Source: Macrostomum lignano
Lineage: Eukaryota
Direction: 5' to 3'
Length of the DNA stretch: 64,000 nucleotides
Assembly: GCA_002269645.1 (NCBI GenBank)
Contig: NIVC01001059.1
Span: 1 to 64,000, forward strand
The position numbers and the translations under genes are program-made. Of this stretch, positions 32,901 to 43,800 are shown piece after piece; position 1 is the first letter of the stretch; each line of letters opens with the position of its first letter. A model generated the notes under the pieces. It saw only the letters and a program-made list of their open reading frames with translations. It was not told the DNA's origin and searched no databases.

Positions 32901-35422
32901 AACGCCTCAATGTGCTCCGCCAGCACCCTGCAGATGCAGCAGCACCGTCGGATTCAGCAGCTGCAGCAGCAACCGCCGCCGCCGCCTTACCCCGGCAGCT
33001 GCCGGTCCCTTCTAGTCGGCTGCGGCGCCGCGGCAGGCAGCCAGAGCTCGCTGCTAAGCTGCCAGTCGACAGTCTCGTACGCCTGCCGGGTGCAGGAGGT
33101 GCGCGAGATTAGCCTCGGCCGGCACAACGGCGAACCCTTCGGCATGAAAGTCGAATTCGTTGGCGGGGTGAGCGCTCCGGTTTCCTCATCTGCCCCGCGC
33201 CCTACTCGAAATCCCCGCCTCTCTCGTGGGATCGGGCATGGCTGGGCTGGGTTAGACCGGGACGGTTTCCCATCGCGTGAGGGGCAGCTCGAGAACATCG
33301 AGCCGAGGTGGCAAAGGGAGGCTGCAAGAGAGAGACAGCTGGGAATTGCTTCCCCATCATCTGCACGCGAGTCCATCTGGAGGAGCGAAACTCTACCCTC
33401 GCCTCACCTCGGCCCCCGCTCGACCCTCGCTCTAATCATCTGACGGACAGTCCGCCAGGGGGGAGGGCGGCAAAATTGCAGTTGGCAAAAATCAAGACCG
33501 AGTCCTGGCTGCGCCGACTGGCAAAGTGGAGCCGCCTCTGGGAGGCAATTAGAAGCTGAGCGAGGCAAGTGGGACGGACTTTCACACCCGGTGTTTGGTC
33601 GGGAAGGGACTGATTAGAAGTGTCAGCTGGACTGCACTACTGACTACTCTTAGCGGAATCATTAGAAACTCAAGCCAAAGCTATAACTGGTCTCACTTCT
33701 TGAGTTTAGTTAACCGCAAGGGCGTTGAGGGCTTCGGGCGCTGCCGCAACTCAACACGACAATCGAGCAGCAGCGCTACTATGCTCGGCAAGCAGTTACG
33801 TATATGCCCAGTCTACAATGCCCCTAGATTTCTTGTGCATTGGGTTAGCCTTCGAATTGGAGTGCTTCGCACGGCAAGCCTTAGGCTAATTTTTCCGTCC
33901 ACGAACCTCAGTAGTGCCTCAGGAGCCAGACGGTGCTCACTCCCACCGTGTCTCAGTGTCTCGGAACCTCATTTTAATCTCGCCCTTCAGTCGTTCTTCA
34001 TCACACACGTGGTCGCCGGATCCGTGGCTGCCTACGCTGGACTGAAGTCTGGCGATGAGATAGTGGCCATCAACGGCCGACAGCTGGAGGGCATGTCGAC
34101 CAGGGATGTGCTGCAGATCATCAGACGGTGCGAGGTGTCCGTGCGGTTGGCCTACCGGCCCAGGTGAGAGACTGTTGCGGTGCTGCTCAGTGCATTGCCG
34201 TCCCTTATATACGCCCGTAGAGTAACTTTTCATCATCAATGATATTCAAAAGTATGCGGTTGCTATTAACATCCGTGTTCTGTATCAACATCCGTGTTCT
34301 GTATCCACATCCGTGTTCTGTACCAACATCCGTGTTCTGTATCCACATCCGTGTTCTGTATCAAAATCCATGTTCTGTATCAACATCCGTGTTCTATATC
34401 AACATCCGTGTTCTGTATCCACATCCATGTTCTGTACCAACATCCGTGTTCTGTATCAACATCCGTGTTCTGTATCAACATCCGTGTTCTGTATCCACAT
34501 CCATGTTCTGTACCAACATCCGTGTTCTGTATCAACATCCGTGTTCTGTATCAACATCCGTGTTCTTTATCAACATCCGTGTTCTGTATCCACATCCATG
34601 TTCTGTACCAACATCCGTGTTCTTTATCAACATCCGTGTTCTATATTAATGTCCGTGTTACAAATACCATCACCCTTGATGCACTAGAAAAATCGTGTTA
34701 CAACAACGAAATCGGTGTTTAATCATACTGAACTTGCACCGACTGAGACACCGGGGCTCAATAAAGTTATCCCAAACCCCTGCACCGACAGAGCGGTCGT
34801 GGCCCGGATACGCGAGGTCCGCTTAATGAAAGACAACGGAGTGGTCGGCGTGCGTCTGCAAAAGAAGCCCGATGTGCGTTCTGAAATTTCACAATTTCGC
34901 TTGCTTATTAGCGTCTGAATCTGAATCTGATTCTGATGTTTAACCAATCGGTGCCGCCTTCGCCCACAGGGACTTTACATTGACTTCGTCAAGCTGGGCA
35001 CCCCGGCGCATGCGGCAGGGCTGAAGGAGGGCGACCAGGTGTTGAAAGTGAACGGCCACTTTGTCACCGAGTGGTCTATGGAAGGCGCCATGGCGCTGCT
35101 GAAGTCGCTGACAGAGCAGCTGGTGCTGCTGGTGAGGGAGACGCTGCCGCTCGTGGTGTCGCAGGCCCAGCCGGCCGGCCACCGCCGTCAGGCTGCGCTG
35201 CCGTCCGGCCACTACGTCAACCTGCGCTCGTCATCGCGGTCAACTCTAGCCTCGGCGCCCGCCTGCTCGCAGCGAACCTCGGACGGCTACTCTGCGGCCA
35301 AAGAGGCGGAGGCGCTTTGCGGCCAGGCGGTCTACGCCGACAAGCAGCTCCCACCGGAATCTGCGCCAGAATCGGCGCCAGCATCCGCGCCGGAATCCGC
35401 GCCAGCTGTTGAGGCTTCCTGA
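29981..35422 (+). CDS. Tandem two-PDZ protein, syntenin-like; exons 29981..30223 (tentative), 32769..33167, 33991..34163, 34792..34873, 34970..35422 (449 aa)
   Basis: PDZ1 VREISLGRHNGEPFGMKVEFVGG|SFFITHVVAGSVAAYAGLKSGDEIVAING; PDZ2 IREVRLMKDNGVVGVRLQKKPD|GLYIDFVKLGTPAHAAGLKEGDQVLKVNG...EWS. All junctions are GT-AG and phase-consistent (1350 nt). First exon less certain. Confidence 0.8.
30412..30801. repeat. About 31-bp minisatellite (ACCAATTCTGCATAGTCTATGGCTAGAGAGA)n
   Basis: Direct periodicity in the predicted first intron. Confidence 0.93.
34268..34645. repeat. 19-bp minisatellite (ATCAACATCCGTGTTCTGT)n
   Basis: Direct periodicity, in PDZ gene intron. Confidence 0.95.
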
Positions 35423-35884
35423 AATATTCTGCCTCTCCCAGCAGCAGAATGTCCTGCTTGAGAATTTCGGCAGTTTGCTAGTGTGTGGCTATTTTGCGAT
35501 GTTACTACTTTGCCCCCCGTCTGTGCCGACCCGTTCAGCCGATTCGTCACGCAGTGAAGTACTTGAAGTACATGTAGAACGCTTGTACTTGTACAGGCTT
35601 TACTGAATGACGGTAGACAGTTGCATATCACAATATTTTTTGCAGAAAGCATCTTCTATTTTTGTCATTTGTCTGCTTTATGAGCTTTTGACAGCATTTT
35701 GCATATTGTTCAATAATAAATTGAGGCATTGTTGAGTGTGCTTGACCAAGTGCGCCGAGTTATTTGAGCTTATTAGAGCAAAGTTCGAAAAGGTTTCTGC
35801 TTGCTTTCGGTGAGTCTGCATCACCTGATTGGTTCAGATTTCGGTGCAAGAAAATGATTTTGGTTATGAGGTCTGAAGACCTTA

Positions 35885-36290
35885 AGTACAGGATGGCACT
35901 GAGATCCAGTGACTGAAGACTTCATTAATGAGTACAGAATTGCATTGAGATCCAGTGACTGAAGACTTCATTAATAAGTACAGGATTGCATTGAGATCCA
36001 GTGACTGAAGACTTCATTAATGAGTACAGAATTGCATTGAGATCCAGTGACTGAAGACTTCATTAATAAGTACAGGATTGCATTGAGATCCAGTGACTGA
36101 AGACTTCATTAATGAGTACAGAATTGCATTGAGATCCAGTGACTGAAGACTTCATTAATAAGTACAGGATTGCATTGAGATCCAGTGACTGAAGACCTCA
36201 TTAATGAGTACAGAATTGCATTGAGATCCAGTGACTGAAGACCTCATTTATGAGTACAGGATTGCATTGAGATTCAGTGACTGAAGACCT
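35885..36290. repeat. 46-bp minisatellite (GAGATCCAGTGACTGAAGACTTCATTAATRAGTACAGRATTGCATT)n
   Basis: Units at 35901, 35947, 35993 and onward. Confidence 0.95.
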
Positions 36291-36801
36291 TCTTCTTGGG
36301 CTCCATGAACAGCAGCTTGCCTTGTTAGCAGACCATTTGAGCTCACTCACGGTCTTCGGAGCCCCAAGTTTGTTTTCCTTCGATGAGCTCAGTGACTCTG
36401 AAGAAACTCAGGAAGGCATCCGATTTTCATTTTTCATCGGTGTTTTCAGTTCCTTTCAATCTGCTCTGTGCATCAAAGGCTTCGATTCATGCACGAAGCT
36501 CTTCTGGGTTGCTTAACGGCAAAGTTTCTCTCAGTTTACGCATCCTGCTTGCGAGCCAAAATGGAAGTCTACTAGTAGACACACTGACAAGTCAAAACAC
36601 ATTTGCACACGAAAAAGAGGTGAACGAGCGATAGCTCAAATGCAAACCTTTTATTGATATTTCGTGTATGACAGGGCAGGTGCCAAGCATCAACCATCAA
36701 TACACGGGCGTAGAGGATACAGAAATAGCGCACGAAATTAGAGACAAAAAATATGCTACAGCAGGCACTCACTGAGTACAAACTAAAATGCAAACCCAAC
36801 A
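36285..36801 (-). mobile_element. Decayed Ty3/Gypsy-like remnant: putative 5' LTR (about 36585-36801, TG...CA with AATAAA) and gag N-terminus
   Basis: Minus-strand frames give ELRA*IEAFDAQSRLKG...DEK..DAFLSFF, APKTVSELKW and EPKKK, resembling Gypsy gag; stops and shifts present; no second LTR seen. Confidence 0.45.
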
Positions 36802-37149
36802 AGAACTTTTCATTTTTGATTTCAGGCCACTTATTTATCTAAACCAGGCACATAACCTACTATGAGTAGTGCAAACAGCGTTTTCGAAACTTTTCATACC
36901 TTTAGTCCGTAGCGAACAGTTTTAATTAGTCCCAAAATTTCTTTTTATATTTTTGATGCCTTGAAGCCGTGTGAGTGCATCCCTGGCCTGGCCTGACAGC
37001 GGTTTCAGCGTCGCTAGAGGGGTCATCAGGTTCGTTGAGAAAATTTGAGTATAATTTGACTTGCTTGCTGCCGTTTGATGGGCGTGCTAGCTGTGCCACG
37101 AATCTATCTAGTTATCTCGAACGGCTGTAAAATGTTAGGATTAAGCAGC

Positions 37150-37525
37150 AGTTTTTAGCATATGCAGTTTTGAGCATGTGCAGTTTTTAGCATGTGCAGT
37201 TTTTAGCATGTGCAGTTTTGAGTATGTGCAGTTTTAAGTATGTGCAGTTTTGAGCATGTGCAGTTTTTAGCATGTGCAGTTTTGAGCATGTGCAGTTTTG
37301 AGCATGTACAGTTTTTAGCATGTGCAGTTTTGAGTATGTGCAGTTTTTAGCATGTGCAGTTTTGAGTATGTGCAGTTTTTAGCATGTGCAGTTTTGAGTA
37401 TGTGCAGTTTTGAGTATGTGCAGTTTTGAGTATGTGCAGTTTTGAGTATGTGCAGTTTTGAGTATGTGCAGTTTTGAGCATGTGCAGTTTTTAGCACGTA
37501 CAGTTTTTAGCACGCACAGTTTTGA
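37150..37525. repeat. 16-bp minisatellite (GCAGTTTTGAGYATGT)n
   Basis: Direct periodicity. Confidence 0.95.
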
Positions 37526-37892
37526 AAATTTCTATTTAAAGGAATTTCTTATTAGCAAATGTTTATGACCAAACACTTTTGATCAACGTAATCCGCAAGG
37601 ATAAAGCCAGCACGCTACAAGAAGCAAATGAAGCCATCGATGGGATGAAGAGGCTGAGCCAGAATCCCGTAGGGAGCTCAAAACGCTGTCCGTCTTGCAG
37701 CCAACAAAATCCCATGCAGGTAGCCCCCCCCCCCAGTTGCCAGCGATCCCCAGCCCAGGCTGCTCAGCCGCCGCCAACGAGAGCTCCAGCCGGCAGGCGC
37801 AGCCGATTGGCCCTGCCAGGCCACAAAACGGCCGGGGCTGGCCGGCAGCAGCGAAGCGCCCGCCCGAGACCCGCGCCCCGACCTGCAGATCA

Positions 37893-40800
37893 ATGCGACT
37901 CCTTGGACGGCACCGCAGCCTCTGCTGGCTTCTGACTGTCGCGGCAGGTGAGCGCCGATGGGGAAGGAAATCCCCAGGGAGAATTGCCCTCCGCCCTCCA
38001 TCCCCGATCGCTTGCCGATCGATGCCGCAAACTTCACTATGGGATTTGGAATTTTGGGATGCTGGATTCCCCTGCCACTTGAAGCAAGAAATTAATACTT
38101 TCACCTGGAGCCGGGAAAGTGCAGGACCAGCTGAATGGGAAATGGGAGGCAGCGGCTGTCAGCTCCTCTCCGGGCTGCGAGCGGGTCAGGCAAATTTTAA
38201 GTGGCCAGATAGCAAAATTGAATTGAATTCCTGTGCGTGCCCCGGCCAGGCAGTAAATGAGTGCTGAATTGGTTTGATCCACAAAGCCTGCGATTTTTAA
38301 TCAATGCAGGCTGCCCCCTCATCTGATGAACTGCCAGCAGCCAGCGAGGGGCTGCGCGAGTCCTTTGCTAGCAATTTGTTTGCATTGTGCCTGCAATTTT
38401 TGCCCCGCAGTAAATTTTTACTCCATCCTCATCATTCTCCCGGTCCATGCATTTATCTGCGTAATCTGCTGCGCTTGCTGCTTTTGTGTCTGCTGCGCTG
38501 AGAGTCCTCTTTGTGCGAGACAGTGAGCCCAGATGCCCCCCCCCCAGTGAGGGCTGCAGATGCCCCCCAGTGAGGGCTGCAGATGCCCCCCAGTGAGGGC
38601 TGCAGATGCCCCCCCCGTGAGGGCTGCAGATGCCCCCCAGTGAGGGCTGCAGATGCCCCCCCCCGTGAGGGCTGCAGATGCCCCCCAGTGAGGGCTGCAG
38701 ATGCCCCAGTGAGGGCTGCAGATGCCCCCAGTGAAGGCTGCAGATGCCCCCCAGTGAGGGCTGCAGATGCCCCGGTGAGGGCTGCAGATGCCCCCCAGTG
38801 AGGGCTGCAGATGCCCCCCCCCCAGTGAGGACTGCAGATGCCCCCAGTGAAGGCTGCAGATGCCCCCAGTGAAGGCTGCAGATGCCCCCCAGTGAGGGCT
38901 GCAGATGCCCCAGTGAGGGCTGCAGATGCCCCCAGTGAAGGCTGCAGATGCCCCCCAGTGAGGGCTGCAGATGCCCCGGTGAGGGCTGCAGATGCCCCCA
39001 GTGAGGGCTGCAGATGCCCCCCCCCCCAGTGAGGGCTGCAGATGCCCCGGTGAGGGCTGCAGATGCCCCCAGTGAGGGCTGCAGATGCCCCCCCCAGTGA
39101 GGGCTGCAGATGCCCCCAGTGAAGGCTGCAGATGCCCCCAGTGAAGGCTGCAGATGCCCCCAGTGAAGGCTGCAGATGCCCCCAGTGAGGGCTGCAGATG
39201 CCCCCCAGTGAGGGCTGCAGATGCCCCCAGTGAGGGCTGCAGATGCCCCCCAGTGAGGGCTGCAGATGCCCCGGTGAGGGCTGCAGATGCCCCGGTGAGG
39301 GCTGCAGATGCCCCGGTGAGGGCTGCAGATGCTCTGCAGAGTCCCACATGTATTAGTCGTGAGGAGGCGGGGGCCGCCAGAGTAACGATCTGATATGGAG
39401 AATTGTATTTCAGGTTTGTCAGTTTTATGGTTCAGTCTGGACGGGGACGCCACTTACTGATCCATGATCTGCATGGCTGGCCAGTCTGGCCCATGTCTTC
39501 TTAAAGAGAAAAAACTTTCTGATATTTGTTCGACCCTGCTCAAGTGTTTCGTTTTGAGTTCGGCAGAAGCAATGCAACACAGAGAATTCTTTGCAGGGAA
39601 AGAAGGAAAGACGGCTGGCTCGTCTCATCCCTGAGCCCTGCAAGTTAGAGCTGGAAATGCAGAGCAGGGCGGCTGTCCCCCACCCCCGCCAGACCAAGGT
39701 TTGCCAAATTAAACTGAGGGGGTGCCAGGCCGCATGCCCGAAATGTTAATCAGCTCTCGGACCGGGCAAAGGGGACTCACAAGTTGGTAAGTGAGAAAGC
39801 ACAGGCCAGGAGGGCAGGAAGGCACTGGAAGAGGCTCGGAGGCAGGACAGATGGCACTGGATAATGAGGAAACTGGGCCAGCAGACTGCGGCGGGACAGA
39901 TGCAAGCGCGTGATAACAATAGCTGCTGTGGCCGCAGAGTGATGAATCGGGGTGTGCAAAGGCGGGGTAGCAGTTACAGGAGTCACCTGGCTAATAGTGC
40001 AAGTTGGATCATCAGCAATTCAGATGATGGTTGAGTGCACTCAGCGCGTTGTATGATGTGACTGCAGAGGCCTATTGTGCAACACATCGGCAGCAGCTCC
40101 CGGTGACTTTGGCTAGGAAAACAGTCAGAAATGGCTTAATGGATTCCGGGGATGGAGTTGAAAGCAAAGCAACGCGGAGAAAGTGGAGAAACTGAGAGAG
40201 ATTCTGGGAGAGCCGCGCGGAACTTGAGAACTCGTTGGATTTTGGGATTCTGGGTGGCAAATAGGGTGATACATTCTTGTTTAACGGGAGATAAGAAGAG
40301 ATTAGTGTCAGAGTTCGCGAGAGTTCAGTATGGATTAATAGGGACGCTGAGGTATCGGCTGCTGTTGCACCTGGATCATCTGTACTACTTAGGAGACTGC
40401 GCACACTGCAGAATCCGAGGCAGGTAAAAAAACACTTCCTCAAGCTGACCAAAAATCTCCCAGCAACCTGCCGTTCTCTGCTTCTGACCTACACGGCAAA
40501 AAAGTTGATTTTTGCGGAATGGAAGCCCCCGGCAGGAAGACGGCGGTGGGCGGTGCTCGGCTTCCCTCCAGTCTTTCGGGCGGAAACGGCGCCGGCCCCG
40601 CCTGACTGCCGCTGAGGTCGGGGGCTTCAGACTCATTAGGCTTATTGCTGCCGAGCAGAATTGGTCATGAAATATGCTCCAATGTGGAAGGGAGGTTCCG
40701 AATCAGACAGATTCCATTGACTGACTTCCATCGTTGAAAAATTATCCCCATCCGAACTTCATTTCTCCCAGTTTTCCCCTGCATTTCGGCAGCGGAGACG

Positions 40801-43800
40801 GCAACAACAGTGACTGTGGAGGCCGGCGACTTCGCCCTGCTGCCCTGCCTGGTCAGCGGCCTCAGCAAAGTTGAGGTGAGTTCGCTCAGGAGATTCACTC
40901 AGGCTGGGGTCACTTCCCCAGGTGCGACAGCTGAGGGGATTCACTCAGGCTGGGGTCACTTCCCCAGGTGCGACAGCTGAGGGGATTCACTCAGGCTAGG
41001 GTCACTTCACCAGGTGTGACAGCTGAGGGGATTCACTCAGGCTGGAGTCACTTCCCCAGGTGCGACAGCTGAGGGGATTCACTCAGGCTAGGGTCACTTC
41101 ACCAGGTGTGACAGCTGAGGGGATTCACTCAGGCTGGGGTGAGTTTTCCAAGAGGAATTCCATCAGCGCCTGCTTACCAATTAGATTGATTGCCAATGCT
41201 CTGAGGCCGTGGGCTGTGCATTCCGCATATCGGTGGGTGGCCCTGACCCCCTAACTTCTGACTTGCGCTCTACAGAGCGGAGCTGCATTCGCATTCACAG
41301 CATCGCGTGCCTGAGGCCAGGGGAAGAATCACTAAAAGCAGACTATGAAAATGTTTGTGAGAAAAAAGATGAAGACAAGAGGTTCCGCCATGCGGGTGGA
41401 GGGTGCGGGGAGCGATATGGCCAAGCATGAGGAGCTCCATGGAATGCTGAGCAGAGGGAGCCGCGCGGAACCTGCGTGACTGGCAGAAGTCCTGAGCAGT
41501 TTTTGTTTCCAAGAAAAGCCAGCAAGGGATTTCTGCGCGGAGAGTTTGGCATGCAGGTTTTTTGTCATCGGGAGCTGTTCAGCTGGAATACCAAATTCTC
41601 GGGCAGAATTCCCACCGGCTGGGAGAACAGCGCCTCATCTGCGATTGAGAAATTCCCTTGGGCGAGGCAGCTGGAGTGTCGAGTCGCTGGGTGCCGGCCA
41701 CAGATGCTGGAAGCCGCTTTGACTTTCAAAAATCAGTGAGGCGGTTGCTTGTCGCGGCAAGCATAGAGGGCATTGTAGTACTGAGGCACTGAGGGCATTG
41801 AGGCGCTGAGGGTACTGAAGACACTGAGGGCACTGAGGGCACTGATGGCACTCAGGACACTGAGGGTACTGAAGGCACTGAGGGCACTGAGGACACTGAG
41901 AACACTGAGGGCACTGAGGGTACTGAAGACGCTGAGGGCACTGAGGGCACTGAGGGCACTGAGAACACTGAGGGCACTGAGGACACTGAGGGCACTGAGG
42001 ACACTGAGGACACTGAGGACACTGAGGGCACTGAGGGCACTGAGGGCACTGAGGACACTGAGGACACTGAGGGCACTGAGGGCACTGAGGGCACTGAGAG
42101 CACTGAGGACACTGGGGGCACTGAGGGCACTGAGGACACTGAGGTACTGAGCCCAATTCTCACAATGGCGCTAAGTGCATTAATCACGTCACAGCTTTTT
42201 ATAAGAGTTGGTCGGACTGCTCATCTTTGATATTCTCGCCTAATCTTTTTTTCCTCACTTAAGAAAACATTTTTAGATAAAAGATCTTTCTCCTCAAATA
42301 ATGAGCTCAAGATTCTCCTACAGGGTAAAGCCAGAATTTTTTCTTTTCTTTGCCGAGAAGCCGAAAAGCACAAAGTCAAGGCTTATATATTTGCATATGC
42401 ACAGCTCGCACTCGCAGACGATCTGAGTAAAGCAGAGCAAAAACCCAAAAAGTCAGACTGCGTTATTCATGAGTCTTCAAGAAGTTGAGAGCGGATTAAC
42501 AGTAGAACTAACAAGGGAGCAAAGTATTCCGAAATTTCCTTGTACAACCTTGTGCGCCAATCAGCACCGCGCCTCAGCGCAGCCTTGCCAAGCCTCCAAA
42601 TTTCAACAGCACGTCGACCACATGTGTCTGCATCAGCTGTGACTTCGTTGATCACTGGCGGAGCTTCTGGACCTTCAACAAGTGGCACCAGGTGACCATG
42701 AACACCCTGTTGCGAATTTCTCTAGTTTCGCTGATCTGGCCTCTACAGTGGGCAAATCTCAACTGCTGGACATCCTTAGCCAGTCCCGCAAGCGTTCCGT
42801 CTTCACCCCGACGCCGTCGGCATATGAGATTGACGTGCTGATGAAATTTGGAGGTTTGGCAAGGCCGCACTGAGGTGCAGTGCTGATTGGTGCACAGGGG
42901 TGCACTGAATACACTGGCGCTTATGGAAAAATCCGATCTTCTGGCAGAATCGTCAAATATCTCGACGGTCCGGTGGGCTGGCGACTTGGTTCTTGCTTGA
43001 GAAGGTGCGCAACAAAAAGTTAGCCGGCGCTTTTGAATTTTGTGTGCCTGCGTTACTCCATTCAGGCGCAGCAAAAAATGTCAGGGGCGGGTGATTCCCC
43101 TTGGTAGTTGGACGGGCGGAAGAACGGTTTGGCATTCCTACTGTTGATCTGAGATGATTATGAAATAATTCTATTGCCAGCAAAGCAACAGCGCAGCCGT
43201 GTCGCGACCTTCTCCATCCTTTCTTCAGTTCACCTGCACTTGTCTCCGCTGCTCCTCCGCTGTTCTCTCTTTATCGCTCGCTTCTGATTGGCTCATCAGT
43301 TTTCATCTCTACCCCAGTCTTATACGTACATTGAGTCCCGATAAATGTACGCATTAAAAATAAACTTTTAACTTGCGCCCACCCCACTGGTGAATACTAT
43401 ACATTGAATTTAATTTAATGATCTTTTATTCATTCAGTTTCTCTACAAAGAAAGTTCTGTCTCAAGTAGACATAACTCTACAAGCATTCAAAGTTTAAAT
43501 CTCCGTAGCTTTGAGCCTTCAGAACTCTTCCAAGAAACGTAGAGCCCCGTCTGTCTTCTAGTGGCCCTTGAGGCACAAATTTGGAACGCAGCATACGGGT
43601 CTCCGGGATGAAGTCGTCGAGGGCCAGAGGCTTCCGCATTTTTCTCGGCCAGTAGAGCCGGCATTCGAGATCTGCTGGATACAGTTTCTGCTGGATGAGC
43701 TGGGTGGGGTCTCTGTAGGGAGATCGGAGCTGGCCGGGATAAAATATTTTGGCGGGCGCGCAGTTGTAGTGGAAATTTGAAACCCGACCCGGCCATGGGA

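Noticed and set aside
38409-38523. Extra Cys-rich exon of the Ig gene
   Set aside because: The only open frame would be phase 1 in and phase 2 out, incompatible with the phase-1 acceptor at 40793; no compensating exon found
42682-42873. Small nested gene (VGKSQLLDILSQSRK...)
   Set aside because: It overlaps an inverted-repeat arm, needs an intron of about 35 bp and has no recognisable domain
43382-43391. CCCCACTGGT matching the CACTA TIR
   Set aside because: Isolated 10-mer without subterminal ACCTCG motifs or a partner end
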